64,000 bases of DNA, from the IMG/VR virus record IMGVR_UViG_3300023184_000024, positions 62,001-126,000 of that record; one strand, given 5' to 3'. The position numbers and the translations under genes are program-made. This document shows positions 1-9,791 of the stretch, piece by piece. Below the pieces are notes generated by a model. It was not told the origin of the DNA and made no database searches. It was given only the letters and a program-made list of their open reading frames with translations. Position 1 is the stretch's first letter, and each line of letters opens with the position of its first letter.

Positions 1-414
1 TTTGATGCAGTGGCATCAGCACCTGGATTAACTCTAACTGTTACTTTTGATCAAGAAACAGTGTTTGATGGCCCAGTAGATGGCAATGTTGTGCATGTAA
101 AACATCAATTCAATGATGACAGTGACCTCGATCATCTGCTAGAAATTACCATGCAAGGCAAAACCGCCAGAGATACCCAAGTCGACGAGCATGGCAACAT
201 TGTCAGCGATGTTACATTAACTGTTTCAAATATTGCGCTAGACGACATTGTGCTCAGCAGTTCCTTGCTGGCAAACTGCAATTATCATCATAATTTCAAT
301 GGCAGTCAACCTGATATCATTGATGAATTTCATGGTATAATGGGCTGTAATGGCACAGTGAAAATACCATTCAAATCGCCAATCTACATTTGGCTGCTTG
401 AAAACATGGCCTGA
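1..414 (+). CDS. Hypothetical protein, 5'-truncated by window edge
   Basis: Frame is open from base 1; the stop overlaps the next ATG (TGATG at 412-416). Confidence 0.6.
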   Translation, partial: FDAVASAPGLTLTVTFDQETVFDGPVDGNVVHVKHQFNDDSDLDHLLEITMQGKTARDTQVDEHGNIVSDVTLTVSNIALDDIVLSSSLLANCNYHHNFNGSQPDIIDEFHGIMGCNGTVKIPFKSPIYIWLLENMA

Positions 415-1394
415 TGACAACAGTTGATCAACTACACGAAATAGTTTTTGAAGCCACAAGTCATTGTAATCTGCATTGTCCACAATGCGAGCGTTATGAT
501 CAAGATGGATACCTTCATCCAAAGTTAACCCCTCAACACATCGATTTTGATCTTGTCAAGCAAAACATCAATGTTGCCCAGCTTGTTGGATTAAAGAATG
601 TAACCTTTGAAGGCAACTACGGCGACATATTGATGCACCCACGTGCTCGAGAGTTGTTTGATTTATTTTCAACAGTGGAACGTGTTGCAGCCACCACCAA
701 CGGAAGTTTACGCAACAAAGCTTGGTGGGCCGACCTAGGGCGCAACAGCAAAGTTGATGTTATGTTCAGCATAGATGGACTTGAAGATACCAACCATGTT
801 TACCGCATCAATTCAAACTGGCAACGCATCATGGAAAATGCAGAAAGTTTTATTTCTGCTGGTGGACAAGCATACTGGAAATTTATAGTATTCAAGCACA
901 ACGAACACCAACTTGATCAAGCAAGAGAACTGAGCAAGACCATGGGCTTCCAAGATTTCCATTGGCAGTACAGTGATCGCAGTTGGTTTCAAGGAAGAGT
1001 TTGGCCTGTCAAAGTTGAAGGGCAGTATCTCTACGACCTAGAACCCGCAAAATCAGTCACTGCCAATACCTCTACTCCAGCTGTGATTACTTTGGACAAG
1101 ATTAAAAAGAAGAATTATACCAATCCTGTGCAGAAGTGTTTTTTGCCACAAGGCAGGCTCTACATCAACAGCAAAGGGCATGTTTTGCCCTGTTGTATGA
1201 CCAGTGGCAAAACCTGGGGGCACGATCTTGAAAGCCGTATGTGGCAACGTTTAATAGGCGACATAAACAGCATTGATCTACATCATCACACACTTGAAGA
1301 TATATTAAACAGTGACTTTTATCAGCATCGTTTGATCAACAGTTTTTCCGGCAGTCCCTACACGCATCCTTCGTGTGTGGCCTATTGCGGATAA
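414..1394 (+). CDS. Radical SAM protein with SPASM/twitch-like C-terminus
   Basis: CNLHCPQC (CX3CX2C); TNGSL and FSIDGLE motifs; C-terminal C..LYINSKGHVLPCC...C..C. Confidence 0.9.
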   Translation: MTTVDQLHEIVFEATSHCNLHCPQCERYDQDGYLHPKLTPQHIDFDLVKQNINVAQLVGLKNVTFEGNYGDILMHPRARELFDLFSTVERVAATTNGSLRNKAWWADLGRNSKVDVMFSIDGLEDTNHVYRINSNWQRIMENAESFISAGGQAYWKFIVFKHNEHQLDQARELSKTMGFQDFHWQYSDRSWFQGRVWPVKVEGQYLYDLEPAKSVTANTSTPAVITLDKIKKKNYTNPVQKCFLPQGRLYINSKGHVLPCCMTSGKTWGHDLESRMWQRLIGDINSIDLHHHTLEDILNSDFYQHRLINSFSGSPYTHPSCVAYCG

Positions 1395-1396
1395 CG

Positions 1397-1404
1397 TATA
1401 AATA
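1397..1404 (+). promoter_or_regulatory. T4 gp55-type late promoter TATAAATA
   Basis: Exact TATAAATA 6 nt before the ATG at 1411. Related (A)TAAATA precedes ORFs at 5023, 12117, 14316, 35098, 41690, 52052 and 59508. Confidence 0.55.
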
Positions 1405-1410
1405 CCATAT

Positions 1411-2469
1411 ATGAAAAAATTAGTGATTATTCCCGGTGGCTTTCACCCGTTCCATGCAGGACACAAGGCTTTGTATGACAAAGCAGTTGAAGCATTTCCT
1501 TCAGCTGATGTTTATATTGCAGCCACTGATGATCGTAGTGAGCGACCGTTTCCTTTTGCTATCAAGAAAAAACTAGCACAACTGGCCGGTGTGCCACCAC
1601 ATAGATTTATACAAGTCAAGAGTCCGTTTAAACCCGACGAAATTACCAGCCACTATCCTGACAATGATACACAGTTAATATTTGTCAAGAGTCAAAAGAA
1701 TGCCAAAAATGGACCTGATCCTGAAGGACCATTCCCGGCCGAAGTAGATCCCAAAACCGGGCAATTGCCCTTAGTCACTCGCGGTGCTAGAAAAGGGCAA
1801 CCTGTGAGTGATTGGTTGCAGTACTACAAGCGCAATGGCCTTGCCCCAATGAGTCAACACGGTTATTTGAAGTACCTACCTGTGCATGAATTCAATGGCA
1901 TGACATCAGGCAGTGAAATTCGTGCCAAGTGGGCCAACTATGATGATGCTACCAAAGCACAGTTGGTTAACATCATGTACCCAACCACAGTTAATAATCC
2001 GAGACTCACAGACGTCACAGTCAAGCTCATGGACAACGGCATGGGCACCAACAACAAAAAACCAGCAGCCAAGCCAGTTGACGAAGATCAAGGAGCTGGT
2101 CAAGTGTTGGCCAAAAGCATAGCATTGGCTCCAGTGGGTCCAGTAGACACTGAAGTTGACGAAGCCACATTGGTCAACGATCCCGAAGAAGGAATTCAAA
2201 TTCGTCCCAACGGCGGCCTAGGTTCCTGGAATGAAGCCAGTCTTAAAAATAACCTGGTAAAACAATTGGTTGAAATAGTAGAAATGCTCAAGGTTGGTAA
2301 TTACCGTGGCGTTGAGCACTTGTTGTACAAGGGCGGTGCCATGCAGGCCAAAGTGCAGGCTTTGGCACGATTAGAAGACTTTAGTACCAAACAAGGTCGT
2401 CGTCCTATTGCTCAAGGCAAAGAAATAAATATCGGCGAAGATTACGTCGAAGAAGGTAGTTTAAAATGA
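1411..2469 (+). CDS. Cytidyltransferase-like (HIGH-motif) nucleotidyltransferase with acidic-linker C-terminal module
   Basis: IIPGGFHPFHAGH HIGH-type motif at N-terminus; SGSEIR (KMSKS-equivalent); PVDE/EVDE linkers before a separate tail domain. Confidence 0.8.
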   Translation: MKKLVIIPGGFHPFHAGHKALYDKAVEAFPSADVYIAATDDRSERPFPFAIKKKLAQLAGVPPHRFIQVKSPFKPDEITSHYPDNDTQLIFVKSQKNAKNGPDPEGPFPAEVDPKTGQLPLVTRGARKGQPVSDWLQYYKRNGLAPMSQHGYLKYLPVHEFNGMTSGSEIRAKWANYDDATKAQLVNIMYPTTVNNPRLTDVTVKLMDNGMGTNNKKPAAKPVDEDQGAGQVLAKSIALAPVGPVDTEVDEATLVNDPEEGIQIRPNGGLGSWNEASLKNNLVKQLVEIVEMLKVGNYRGVEHLLYKGGAMQAKVQALARLEDFSTKQGRRPIAQGKEINIGEDYVEEGSLK

Positions 2470-4094
2470 AAGCACGTGAGTTTATTACAGAAGCTGTTGA
2501 GGATAGAACCAGCTATCAAGTTGCCAAAATATTGGCCGACAAAGGCATCAAGTATGACTCTTCTCTTGAGTCCAAGTTAATAAGTGCTATCGGGGCAGTG
2601 ATGGTAAAAGAGTTGGGCATGAATCCAACCACAGTAAGAAACATTATCAGCTACGATGACGATTTCCTTGCTGACACTCTAAGCGAACTACAACACATGA
2701 ATCAAGGTGTGACAGAAGGCTCCAGAAACGCATATTTGAAACACAACAATTTAGTTGACATAGAAAAGCCACTGGCCGGACTAAAAAGTGAGTTTGAGAA
2801 ATTTTTACAAACGCATGACCCTGAAGAAAAACAAAAATATCAACAAGGTATAAAAAAACGAATTAAATCAGAACCAATGTCAGGACCAAAAGGCGTATTA
2901 CCAGAGCAAGGTGAAGGCAACTTTGCAGGTGATGCCCCGGTCAACATCGGCGGAGCAACAGTCAAGCGACTAGGAGTTGGCGACGCAGTAACATACTTTG
3001 GGCAACCGGCAAAGATCCTTGCACAATCAACGGATCGTAAACATTCTCGCATTACAATTACAAAGGGCATGGGCGGCGTTACTCAAAATGTGCTAACAAG
3101 TGATTTAAAACGAGTGGGGCAAGGTGTGGCGGAAGGCTCCTTAAACGAAGGGCAATATGAAATGATGATGCGTAATGGACAAGTGAAGAAGTTCATTGCC
3201 AAAGACGATGCTGATGCCAAGCGTATTGCCGCCGGCCACGGTGCTAAAAGCGTAATCAAGTTAAGAGGTGGTGTTCCTGCTGGTAAAATAGCAGAGCAAG
3301 GTGTGGCGGAAGGCTATGACCCTGTAGAATCAGATTACCAACAGTGGGAAGATATTCTAGTCAAGGACGGCTACAGGATGGCTGACCCTTCCGGTGCTTA
3401 CGCATTAAAACTAGTGGTAGGACATCAGGGTTCAGATTCTGATTGGGTATCTGCCATTAGAAATATTTTGGCCTATGTCAAACAGAATCGTGCTGTGCTT
3501 GGTAAAGCAGTAGCAGACAGAACTACTGTGAAAGATGCTATCATTGATATTAAAAACAAGTTCCCTCAACAGTATCAAGCGGCCCAACAACAGCAAGGTG
3601 TAGCAGAAGGTAAACCAGAAGTTGATTCACTTGTTACCGACACATCAAACATAATGCAAGGTCCAGAATTCAGTGATGCTGAACTAGCAATAAAGACGGT
3701 GCTAGGAGATAGAGCATTTAATGAACGCCGCAGTTATTACAGTTTCTTTATTAACCAACTGGTCGATATGTATGGTAAGCCTGAAGGATCAAAAACAGTA
3801 GATTCACTGGTCACCAACGCACTAGGCGTAATGCGTGGTCCAACAAGAAATGATGCTATAGCCGCATTAAAAACTGCGCTTGGAAATGAAGAATATAAGA
3901 GCCGTAGTACTTTTTATAAGTTATGGGTCAACCAAGCAGTTGACAAGTATAGTAAAAAAGGTGTAACTGAAAGTTCTGTGACCAAGAAGCCGCAGCCTTA
4001 CAACGAGCCAAACTGGGCTAAAAATTTGCCCAAAGATAAGTTGGATGCCATAGCTGGCCCACGCTACAAAAAAGATAAAAAACAAAAAAGCTAG
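2466..4094 (+). CDS. Modular putative internal head protein (CTS-like N-terminus, repeated QGVAEG linkers)
   Basis: Starts MKAREFITE; five QGV[AT]E-type linkers; tandem ~58-aa duplication near the C-terminus. Confidence 0.6.
   Translation: MKAREFITEAVEDRTSYQVAKILADKGIKYDSSLESKLISAIGAVMVKELGMNPTTVRNIISYDDDFLADTLSELQHMNQGVTEGSRNAYLKHNNLVDIEKPLAGLKSEFEKFLQTHDPEEKQKYQQGIKKRIKSEPMSGPKGVLPEQGEGNFAGDAPVNIGGATVKRLGVGDAVTYFGQPAKILAQSTDRKHSRITITKGMGGVTQNVLTSDLKRVGQGVAEGSLNEGQYEMMMRNGQVKKFIAKDDADAKRIAAGHGAKSVIKLRGGVPAGKIAEQGVAEGYDPVESDYQQWEDILVKDGYRMADPSGAYALKLVVGHQGSDSDWVSAIRNILAYVKQNRAVLGKAVADRTTVKDAIIDIKNKFPQQYQAAQQQQGVAEGKPEVDSLVTDTSNIMQGPEFSDAELAIKTVLGDRAFNERRSYYSFFINQLVDMYGKPEGSKTVDSLVTNALGVMRGPTRNDAIAALKTALGNEEYKSRSTFYKLWVNQAVDKYSKKGVTESSVTKKPQPYNEPNWAKNLPKDKLDAIAGPRYKKDKKQKS
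2703..3611 (+). repeat. Dispersed in-frame 18-bp repeat CAAGGTGTRRCRGAAGGY (QGVAEG)
   Basis: Copies at 2703-2720, 3120-3137, 3297-3314 (identical to 3120) and 3594-3611. Variants occur at 3957, in the 8297 ORF (QGVEE, RGVAEG) and in the 9792 ORF (QDLAEG). Confidence 0.85.
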
Positions 4095-4155
4095 AAATTT
4101 TTTGACGCTGTATTCTTCTATTAAATATACACACATATTTTATTAAAGAGGTAAT

Positions 4156-5019
4156 ATGGCTGAACAACAAATCCAAGTAAACGTAGACTATCTCCGTACC
4201 ACTCGCGTACATATTTGTATGCCGTGTTATGGCGGTATGTTAACAGAATCAACATTCATGAGTTATATTAAATGGGCCAATACATGCCGACAACTGGGCA
4301 TTGATTGGACCATGGAAACAATGACCAATGAAAGTTTGATTTCCCGAGCTAGAAACACATTAGTTGCTAAATTTTTAAACAACCCAACATCAACACACCT
4401 TATGTTTATTGATGCAGACATTGGCTGGGAACCATGGCACTTGTTAGTGTTATTGAATCGCCAAGTTGATGTGATTGGGGGATTATACCCAATGAAAACC
4501 TTGCCAATTAAATGGGTGGTAAATGGGTTTGACGGGGCCGAAGAAGGTGAAGATGGCTTGCAAGAAGTCAGCAAAACTGGCACTGGATTTATGCTGGTCA
4601 AGCGTGATGTATTTGAAAAACTCAATGCACACCCTGCTGTAAAATCATTTGCCAACGACATTGGTCTGCCCAAAGAGTTGGATCAACACTTGAAAACCTA
4701 TTACGACACTGCTGTGCGTGAAAACCGTTACTACAGCGAAGACTGGACTTTCTGTGAAAACTGGCGTGACATCGGTGGTAAAGTTTGGGTCGACAAACGT
4801 GTGTTACTCAAGCACAGCGGTAGTTATGTGTTTGATTTTGCCGCACAAGAACCTTTATACCGGTCATTGCACGATATAGCAATGCAGACACAGGCAGCAA
4901 ATAATGCGCTTGAGCAATCAGCTGAAACAGTGTTGGTTACTCCCACAGTGTTGGACACTAACGAGCCGGAAGCAGAGCCAGTAACTGATAAAAAACAAAA
5001 GTCTGGTAAAAAAGCATAA
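4156..5019 (+). CDS. Putative GT-A fold glycosyltransferase-like protein
   Basis: ICMPCYGG, ESLISRARN, MFIDADIGW (DxD), GTGFMLVKR and SEDWTFC motifs. Confidence 0.65.
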   Translation: MAEQQIQVNVDYLRTTRVHICMPCYGGMLTESTFMSYIKWANTCRQLGIDWTMETMTNESLISRARNTLVAKFLNNPTSTHLMFIDADIGWEPWHLLVLLNRQVDVIGGLYPMKTLPIKWVVNGFDGAEEGEDGLQEVSKTGTGFMLVKRDVFEKLNAHPAVKSFANDIGLPKELDQHLKTYYDTAVRENRYYSEDWTFCENWRDIGGKVWVDKRVLLKHSGSYVFDFAAQEPLYRSLHDIAMQTQAANNALEQSAETVLVTPTVLDTNEPEAEPVTDKKQKSGKKA

Positions 5020-5036
5020 CGGTAAATACAGTTCGT

Positions 5037-8000
5037 ATGGACATCAACGAACTGGAAACGTACCGTTTATCGGACGCAATTAAATTTAACAGCAATCTTA
5101 ACCCCCGTTTGTGGGGTGAAGATGAACAGCTTAGACCTGAGGTGCGAGAGCACCTTTTGTCTATTGCTGATGATTTTCGAGAATCTCTTGGCGTCAACGA
5201 TCTCAACGTCAAAGACATTACCATCAGCGGAAGTAATGCCGCTTATACATATACCCCGCACAGCGACATAGACCTGCATCTTGTAGTAGACTTGGACAAT
5301 GTCTGCAACAACGAAGTCTACCGAGAGTTGTTTGATGCTAAAAAATATCAATACAACAACGAACACAACTACAAAATACATGGCTATGATGTTGAACTGT
5401 ATGTTCAAGACAGCAAACAACCACACCATAGTTCCGGCATTTACTCAATAGTCAACAACGATTGGATCAAAGTACCTAGCCGTAGAAAACCCACCATTGA
5501 TGATATCAGCGTCAAAGGCAAGTATGTGGATCTAGGCAACCGCATCGAAGCTGCCCTGGCCAGTGGGGATATTGAATTAATCAAAACCCTGTGGCAAAAA
5601 TTAAAGACCATGCGGCAAGCTGGATTGGATAAAACTGGAGAGTTTGGTCCTGAGAATCTAGCATTTAAATTGCTACGCAGAGCTGGTATAATTGAAAAAT
5701 TAAAAACTGCCATCACACAGGCCAAAGATCAAGAACTCAGCTTAACTGAACGTAAGAAAAAGAAAAAAAGAGTGCGCTACGGCTACGGTGGTCATTTTTA
5801 TCCTGGGTATTCATTCAATGATAACTCTGCCGACGGTGGCGAAGGCGGCGGTGAAAGTGTAATGGAAAACAAAGACGTCAAAGACATACTACAACCATTT
5901 ATTGACAGTTGCGTAGAATATCTTGGCATCGAAAACCGCCCAAAAATTATATTAAAACGTGATCCGGAGTGGACACGCAGAAACGGCACGTTTGGACGGT
6001 TTGATCATGACACACATTCAGTGACGTTGGCTGTAACCGGTCGGCACACACTGGACATTCTTCGCACGTTGGCACATGAACTCACTCATGCCAAGCAAGA
6101 TGAATTGGCAGCATTGCCTGTGGATGCAGGTCAAACAGGATCTCCCTACGAAGATGAAGCAAATGCCATGGCTGGTCGAATCATGCGACATTGGGTCGAC
6201 CAGCATCCTGAATTCTTCAAAGACGTACCAGTTGAAGAATCTGTTAAAAGTAAATTAGCGGCAGCCGGGGCGGCAGTGTGCATAGCTGGAACACCAGGAT
6301 GTGCTACCACCACTGGCGATGCTATCCGTGGTGTGCAGGCAGCAGGAACAGCGGCGCAGACCATCAAGCACATGGGCCGAGCCGGTGCCGAAGAAGAGGT
6401 AATGCAACGACTTAAAAATGAACTGCGTCGACATCGTGGGCAAAATGTGCCCGAAGAAGTCACTGACGAGGATTACGATCCCAACGGCAAGCCACCTGGT
6501 CCTGAGTTCAAGCCTACTATGCCAGCAGGCACAGTCAAAGTAGATGTTAGTGATGTTTACGATTGGTATAAGCTGGGACAACACATCAGTGATCTAGAAG
6601 GATTGGGCCAGCATGATTTTGGCAGTGGACCCCCTAGTACCATCATGGCATTTGGCAGTGAAAAAGAAGAACACAAATACATTGACGCACTAAAGAAAAC
6701 AGGACTGACAACAACTGATATTGATCCGGTTGATGTGAATCAACCCAAGGGTATGCCGCGCCAGAAAGTTGATCCTACCTATAACGTGGATGAAGATAAA
6801 CAAAGTATAGACGAAGCTCAGATTAGCAAAAACATTCAACCAATTCTTGTAAAAAAAGGCTATGCATTTTTGGGCAAAGGTCAGGACCAAGATGCCTATC
6901 TAGCACCCGACGGAACTGTTCTCAAAATATTTGGTTACGGTCCAGGCGGTAAGTTATCCCAAGGACAACAAAGTTTCAAAGACTTTGCCGATTACTGCAT
7001 GGCAAAGCCAAACAATCCATTTTTGCCACAGTTTGGCGGCTGGGAACCTTTTGACTTTGAAGGTAAACGATATCTGCAGATCAACTGTGAAAGAATGTTT
7101 GATCTTAGCAAGTCTGGGTTGATCCTGGTTGGTTCCAGACTAGGGCAATTGGCAAGTTTGATACAGTCCAATGGTGCAGACCGTGGAGTTAATAAATTCC
7201 TAAGACGCCACGGAGATAAAGAAACAGGAAAACTAATGTCATTGGTTGGTGGGCGGCAACAATTTCTGTTGTTGGCCAACACCATTGAGCAACTGGATAA
7301 GCTTGCTGACCGAAAGGGATACAGACTTGATTTGCATGGCGGTAACTTTATGCTTGGCAGTGATGGCGAGATAGTCATTAATGATCCATTTTTTACTGGT
7401 AATTGGCGATTTGATGAATCTATAAATGAATCATTGGACCAACCCTATAAAATACTTCGATGGGAAAAGGGTGACTACGGTGATGTAGACGCAATAGCAC
7501 GATTAGATGACGGAACTTTTCTAAGCATTATGTTCAACAAGGGATTTAGTCAAGATACAAAAGAGGAAGCATGGAGTGTTGAGTTTTATAGAAACAACAG
7601 TCAAGAAAAGACAGGTGAGGGTGATCAACAGCGTGTGTTTGCCACTGTGTTAAGTGCTGTTCAAACATTTGTTTCTGACAGGGTGCCTGGCGCCAAGGGA
7701 AAATACAAACCCAATAAAGTATACTTTTCGGCCTCAAAAGAAGTTAAACCAGATGAGGATCAAAGGAAAGCAATGACCAGGGCAAGACTGTATGACAGTT
7801 TGGTTCAGCGTTATGCACGAGCATTAGGCTTTAGAGCGTTCCGTGCTGACACCGGCAACAAAGTAATGTACGAATTGAGTAGAATAAAACCAATAGCGGA
7901 AGATATTGCAGATGAAAGTGTACTTGGATTTTTAACAAGTCCTAATACTCCTGGTGAAAAAAAATCTAAGATAAGTTCTGCAGAAATGCGAAAGTATTTT

Positions 8001-8300
8001 GAAAAAGAAAAATCCAAAGAGCCGGCAAAATATAATAACGATAACAAACAAAAGCCTCAATATGTGTATACTAGATCAAATGAAGAGAAACAAGAGGTAG
8101 TCGAGTCCACAGGCTATATTCCTGTTAATGATCAAGAAGCACGTGATCCAAGATACAGCATGGCTATCACACAAGATATCAAACCCGGGGAAGTTCAGCG
8201 TCAGGCAGCTAAAATGGGCTTTAAAACTGATGCTGCCGGTGTGCCACCGTTGTTGATGGCCAAACTACAAAATCAACTAAAAGAGATCAAAGCAAAATGA
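5037..8300 (+). CDS. Multidomain protein: Pol-beta-like nucleotidyltransferase + zincin metallopeptidase + protein-kinase-like domain + unknown modules
   Basis: GSNA-x7-SDIDLH (5229-5279); LAHELTH HExxH (6075-6089); GKGQ loop (6873), VLKIF, DLHGGN (7329-7346), INDP; domains separated by E-rich linkers. Confidence 0.8.
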   Translation: MDINELETYRLSDAIKFNSNLNPRLWGEDEQLRPEVREHLLSIADDFRESLGVNDLNVKDITISGSNAAYTYTPHSDIDLHLVVDLDNVCNNEVYRELFDAKKYQYNNEHNYKIHGYDVELYVQDSKQPHHSSGIYSIVNNDWIKVPSRRKPTIDDISVKGKYVDLGNRIEAALASGDIELIKTLWQKLKTMRQAGLDKTGEFGPENLAFKLLRRAGIIEKLKTAITQAKDQELSLTERKKKKKRVRYGYGGHFYPGYSFNDNSADGGEGGGESVMENKDVKDILQPFIDSCVEYLGIENRPKIILKRDPEWTRRNGTFGRFDHDTHSVTLAVTGRHTLDILRTLAHELTHAKQDELAALPVDAGQTGSPYEDEANAMAGRIMRHWVDQHPEFFKDVPVEESVKSKLAAAGAAVCIAGTPGCATTTGDAIRGVQAAGTAAQTIKHMGRAGAEEEVMQRLKNELRRHRGQNVPEEVTDEDYDPNGKPPGPEFKPTMPAGTVKVDVSDVYDWYKLGQHISDLEGLGQHDFGSGPPSTIMAFGSEKEEHKYIDALKKTGLTTTDIDPVDVNQPKGMPRQKVDPTYNVDEDKQSIDEAQISKNIQPILVKKGYAFLGKGQDQDAYLAPDGTVLKIFGYGPGGKLSQGQQSFKDFADYCMAKPNNPFLPQFGGWEPFDFEGKRYLQINCERMFDLSKSGLILVGSRLGQLASLIQSNGADRGVNKFLRRHGDKETGKLMSLVGGRQQFLLLANTIEQLDKLADRKGYRLDLHGGNFMLGSDGEIVINDPFFTGNWRFDESINESLDQPYKILRWEKGDYGDVDAIARLDDGTFLSIMFNKGFSQDTKEEAWSVEFYRNNSQEKTGEGDQQRVFATVLSAVQTFVSDRVPGAKGKYKPNKVYFSASKEVKPDEDQRKAMTRARLYDSLVQRYARALGFRAFRADTGNKVMYELSRIKPIAEDIADESVLGFLTSPNTPGEKKSKISSAEMRKYFEKEKSKEPAKYNNDNKQKPQYVYTRSNEEKQEVVESTGYIPVNDQEARDPRYSMAITQDIKPGEVQRQAAKMGFKTDAAGVPPLLMAKLQNQLKEIKAK

Positions 8301-9790
8301 AAATTAAAGATCTAATATTAAAAGAAACAACTTTGGGTGGATTTCCAGTCAAGGTATTGAACATCCAAGATCAAGGTGTTGAAGAAGCTGGCAATGCCAA
8401 TAGTGGACGTCGTGGGCCAATGTCACCGCCAGACAATGCTCCGGTTACACCCGGACGAGTAGAAAAAACTGCCACAGGTATAAAACATCATGCTGACCCA
8501 AGTCGGTATGGTGGTCACAGTCCCAAACCTGAAGATGATCGTTTATTGGGCACACAACAAAGATGGAGATTGGATCGTGCTGTTCGTGGTGTGGCCGAAG
8601 GCACAGAAAAACGCTGTCTGCAATGTGGTATGAAGAACTGTAAATGCCCCGGAGACAGTTGCAAGTGCAAACCCGTTGCAGGATGGATTCCTGGTAAAGG
8701 TTTCAAGAAAGCCATAGAAGAAGCAATCAAGCTCAATGCACCACAGAAGTCATGGTCCAAGCAAGACATGCAGGATTACCTGACTCGCATTAAAACAGGT
8801 ACAAAAACCAAACAAGATAGATTCAAGCCTATTATTCACGGCAGCAATGTCAAAGCAATCACAAAAGACGATGGTACAGAAGAATGGGACCTGGAAGATC
8901 TAAAGCGTCAAATCACCACACCACCTAGAGCAATCCTTGGATCAAATGCCAAGATGAGCAAGAGTAAAAAAGAAGGTGCCATCACATACGACTTGACACT
9001 ACCAGCACTAAGCGGTATTGTTGTTGATGAAGACACTGGAGAGTTTGTAGAAATCACCACATGCCCAGGTGCCGGCGAATGTCAACTGTTCTGTTATGCT
9101 AGAAAAGGCGGCTATGTCATGTTCCCTGCCGCATCAATGAGTGCCGCACAAGCATTGAACTTCTTGGTCAATCACCCTGATGAATACATGGCAATGTTTG
9201 ACAGCGAAATCAAAAAAACAAAAGCACTGGCAGACAAAAATGGTATCAAGTTGTTGGTGCGTATTCATGATGCTGGCGACTTTTTCTCTAAAGAATACTG
9301 GGACCTAAGCAAGAAAGTGCAACTTAACAATCCAGATGTACGTTTTTACTTTTACAGCAAAATGGGAGAGCCAGTAACTGATCCAAATACGCCGTCTAAT
9401 ACATTGCCCAACTTCAGCGATGGTGGTGCCAAGAGTCGTGAAGTTAAGAAAGTTGAACTTTACAGAAATGCTGGCAAGAACTTAAAAGGTGCACCAACTA
9501 TTCCCAAAGACATGTTCCGCGAGTTGTTTGTTACTGATGCCAAAGGCAAATACGTCAAGGATGAACAAGGTCGCACACAGGTTAAAAGCCCAGAAGCATG
9601 GGAAAACTTTAAACAGAAGTTATCTACAAAATACAACATTGACCCTGGGTCAATTATCACATACGACCAAATGAATCGTATTCCCGAAGGACCCAAACCC
9701 AAATGGAACGTAGTTGTGTTCCCTGCAGGTCATGGTGACTTGGGTGCAACCCGACTTGATGTACAAAATCAATTTTTAATGTTCCACTGA
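8297..9790 (+). CDS. Gp88-like (radical-SAM-related) domain protein with N-terminal modules
   Basis: GSNAKMSKS, TCPGAGECQLFCYARKG, RIHDAGDF and FYFYSK motifs; Cys-rich CLQCGMKNCKC module; GVEE/GVAE/AIEE linkers. Confidence 0.65.
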   Translation: MKIKDLILKETTLGGFPVKVLNIQDQGVEEAGNANSGRRGPMSPPDNAPVTPGRVEKTATGIKHHADPSRYGGHSPKPEDDRLLGTQQRWRLDRAVRGVAEGTEKRCLQCGMKNCKCPGDSCKCKPVAGWIPGKGFKKAIEEAIKLNAPQKSWSKQDMQDYLTRIKTGTKTKQDRFKPIIHGSNVKAITKDDGTEEWDLEDLKRQITTPPRAILGSNAKMSKSKKEGAITYDLTLPALSGIVVDEDTGEFVEITTCPGAGECQLFCYARKGGYVMFPAASMSAAQALNFLVNHPDEYMAMFDSEIKKTKALADKNGIKLLVRIHDAGDFFSKEYWDLSKKVQLNNPDVRFYFYSKMGEPVTDPNTPSNTLPNFSDGGAKSREVKKVELYRNAGKNLKGAPTIPKDMFRELFVTDAKGKYVKDEQGRTQVKSPEAWENFKQKLSTKYNIDPGSIITYDQMNRIPEGPKPKWNVVVFPAGHGDLGATRLDVQNQFLMFH

Positions 9791-9791
9791 A

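Noticed and set aside
1411-2469. NAD+ reconstitution (NARP) or QueC function for the HIGH-motif protein and the hydrolase-like domain at ~10210-10850
   Set aside because: There is no QueC SGGxDS motif and no Nampt, Adps or Namat partner in the window. The family-level motifs are too generic to assign.
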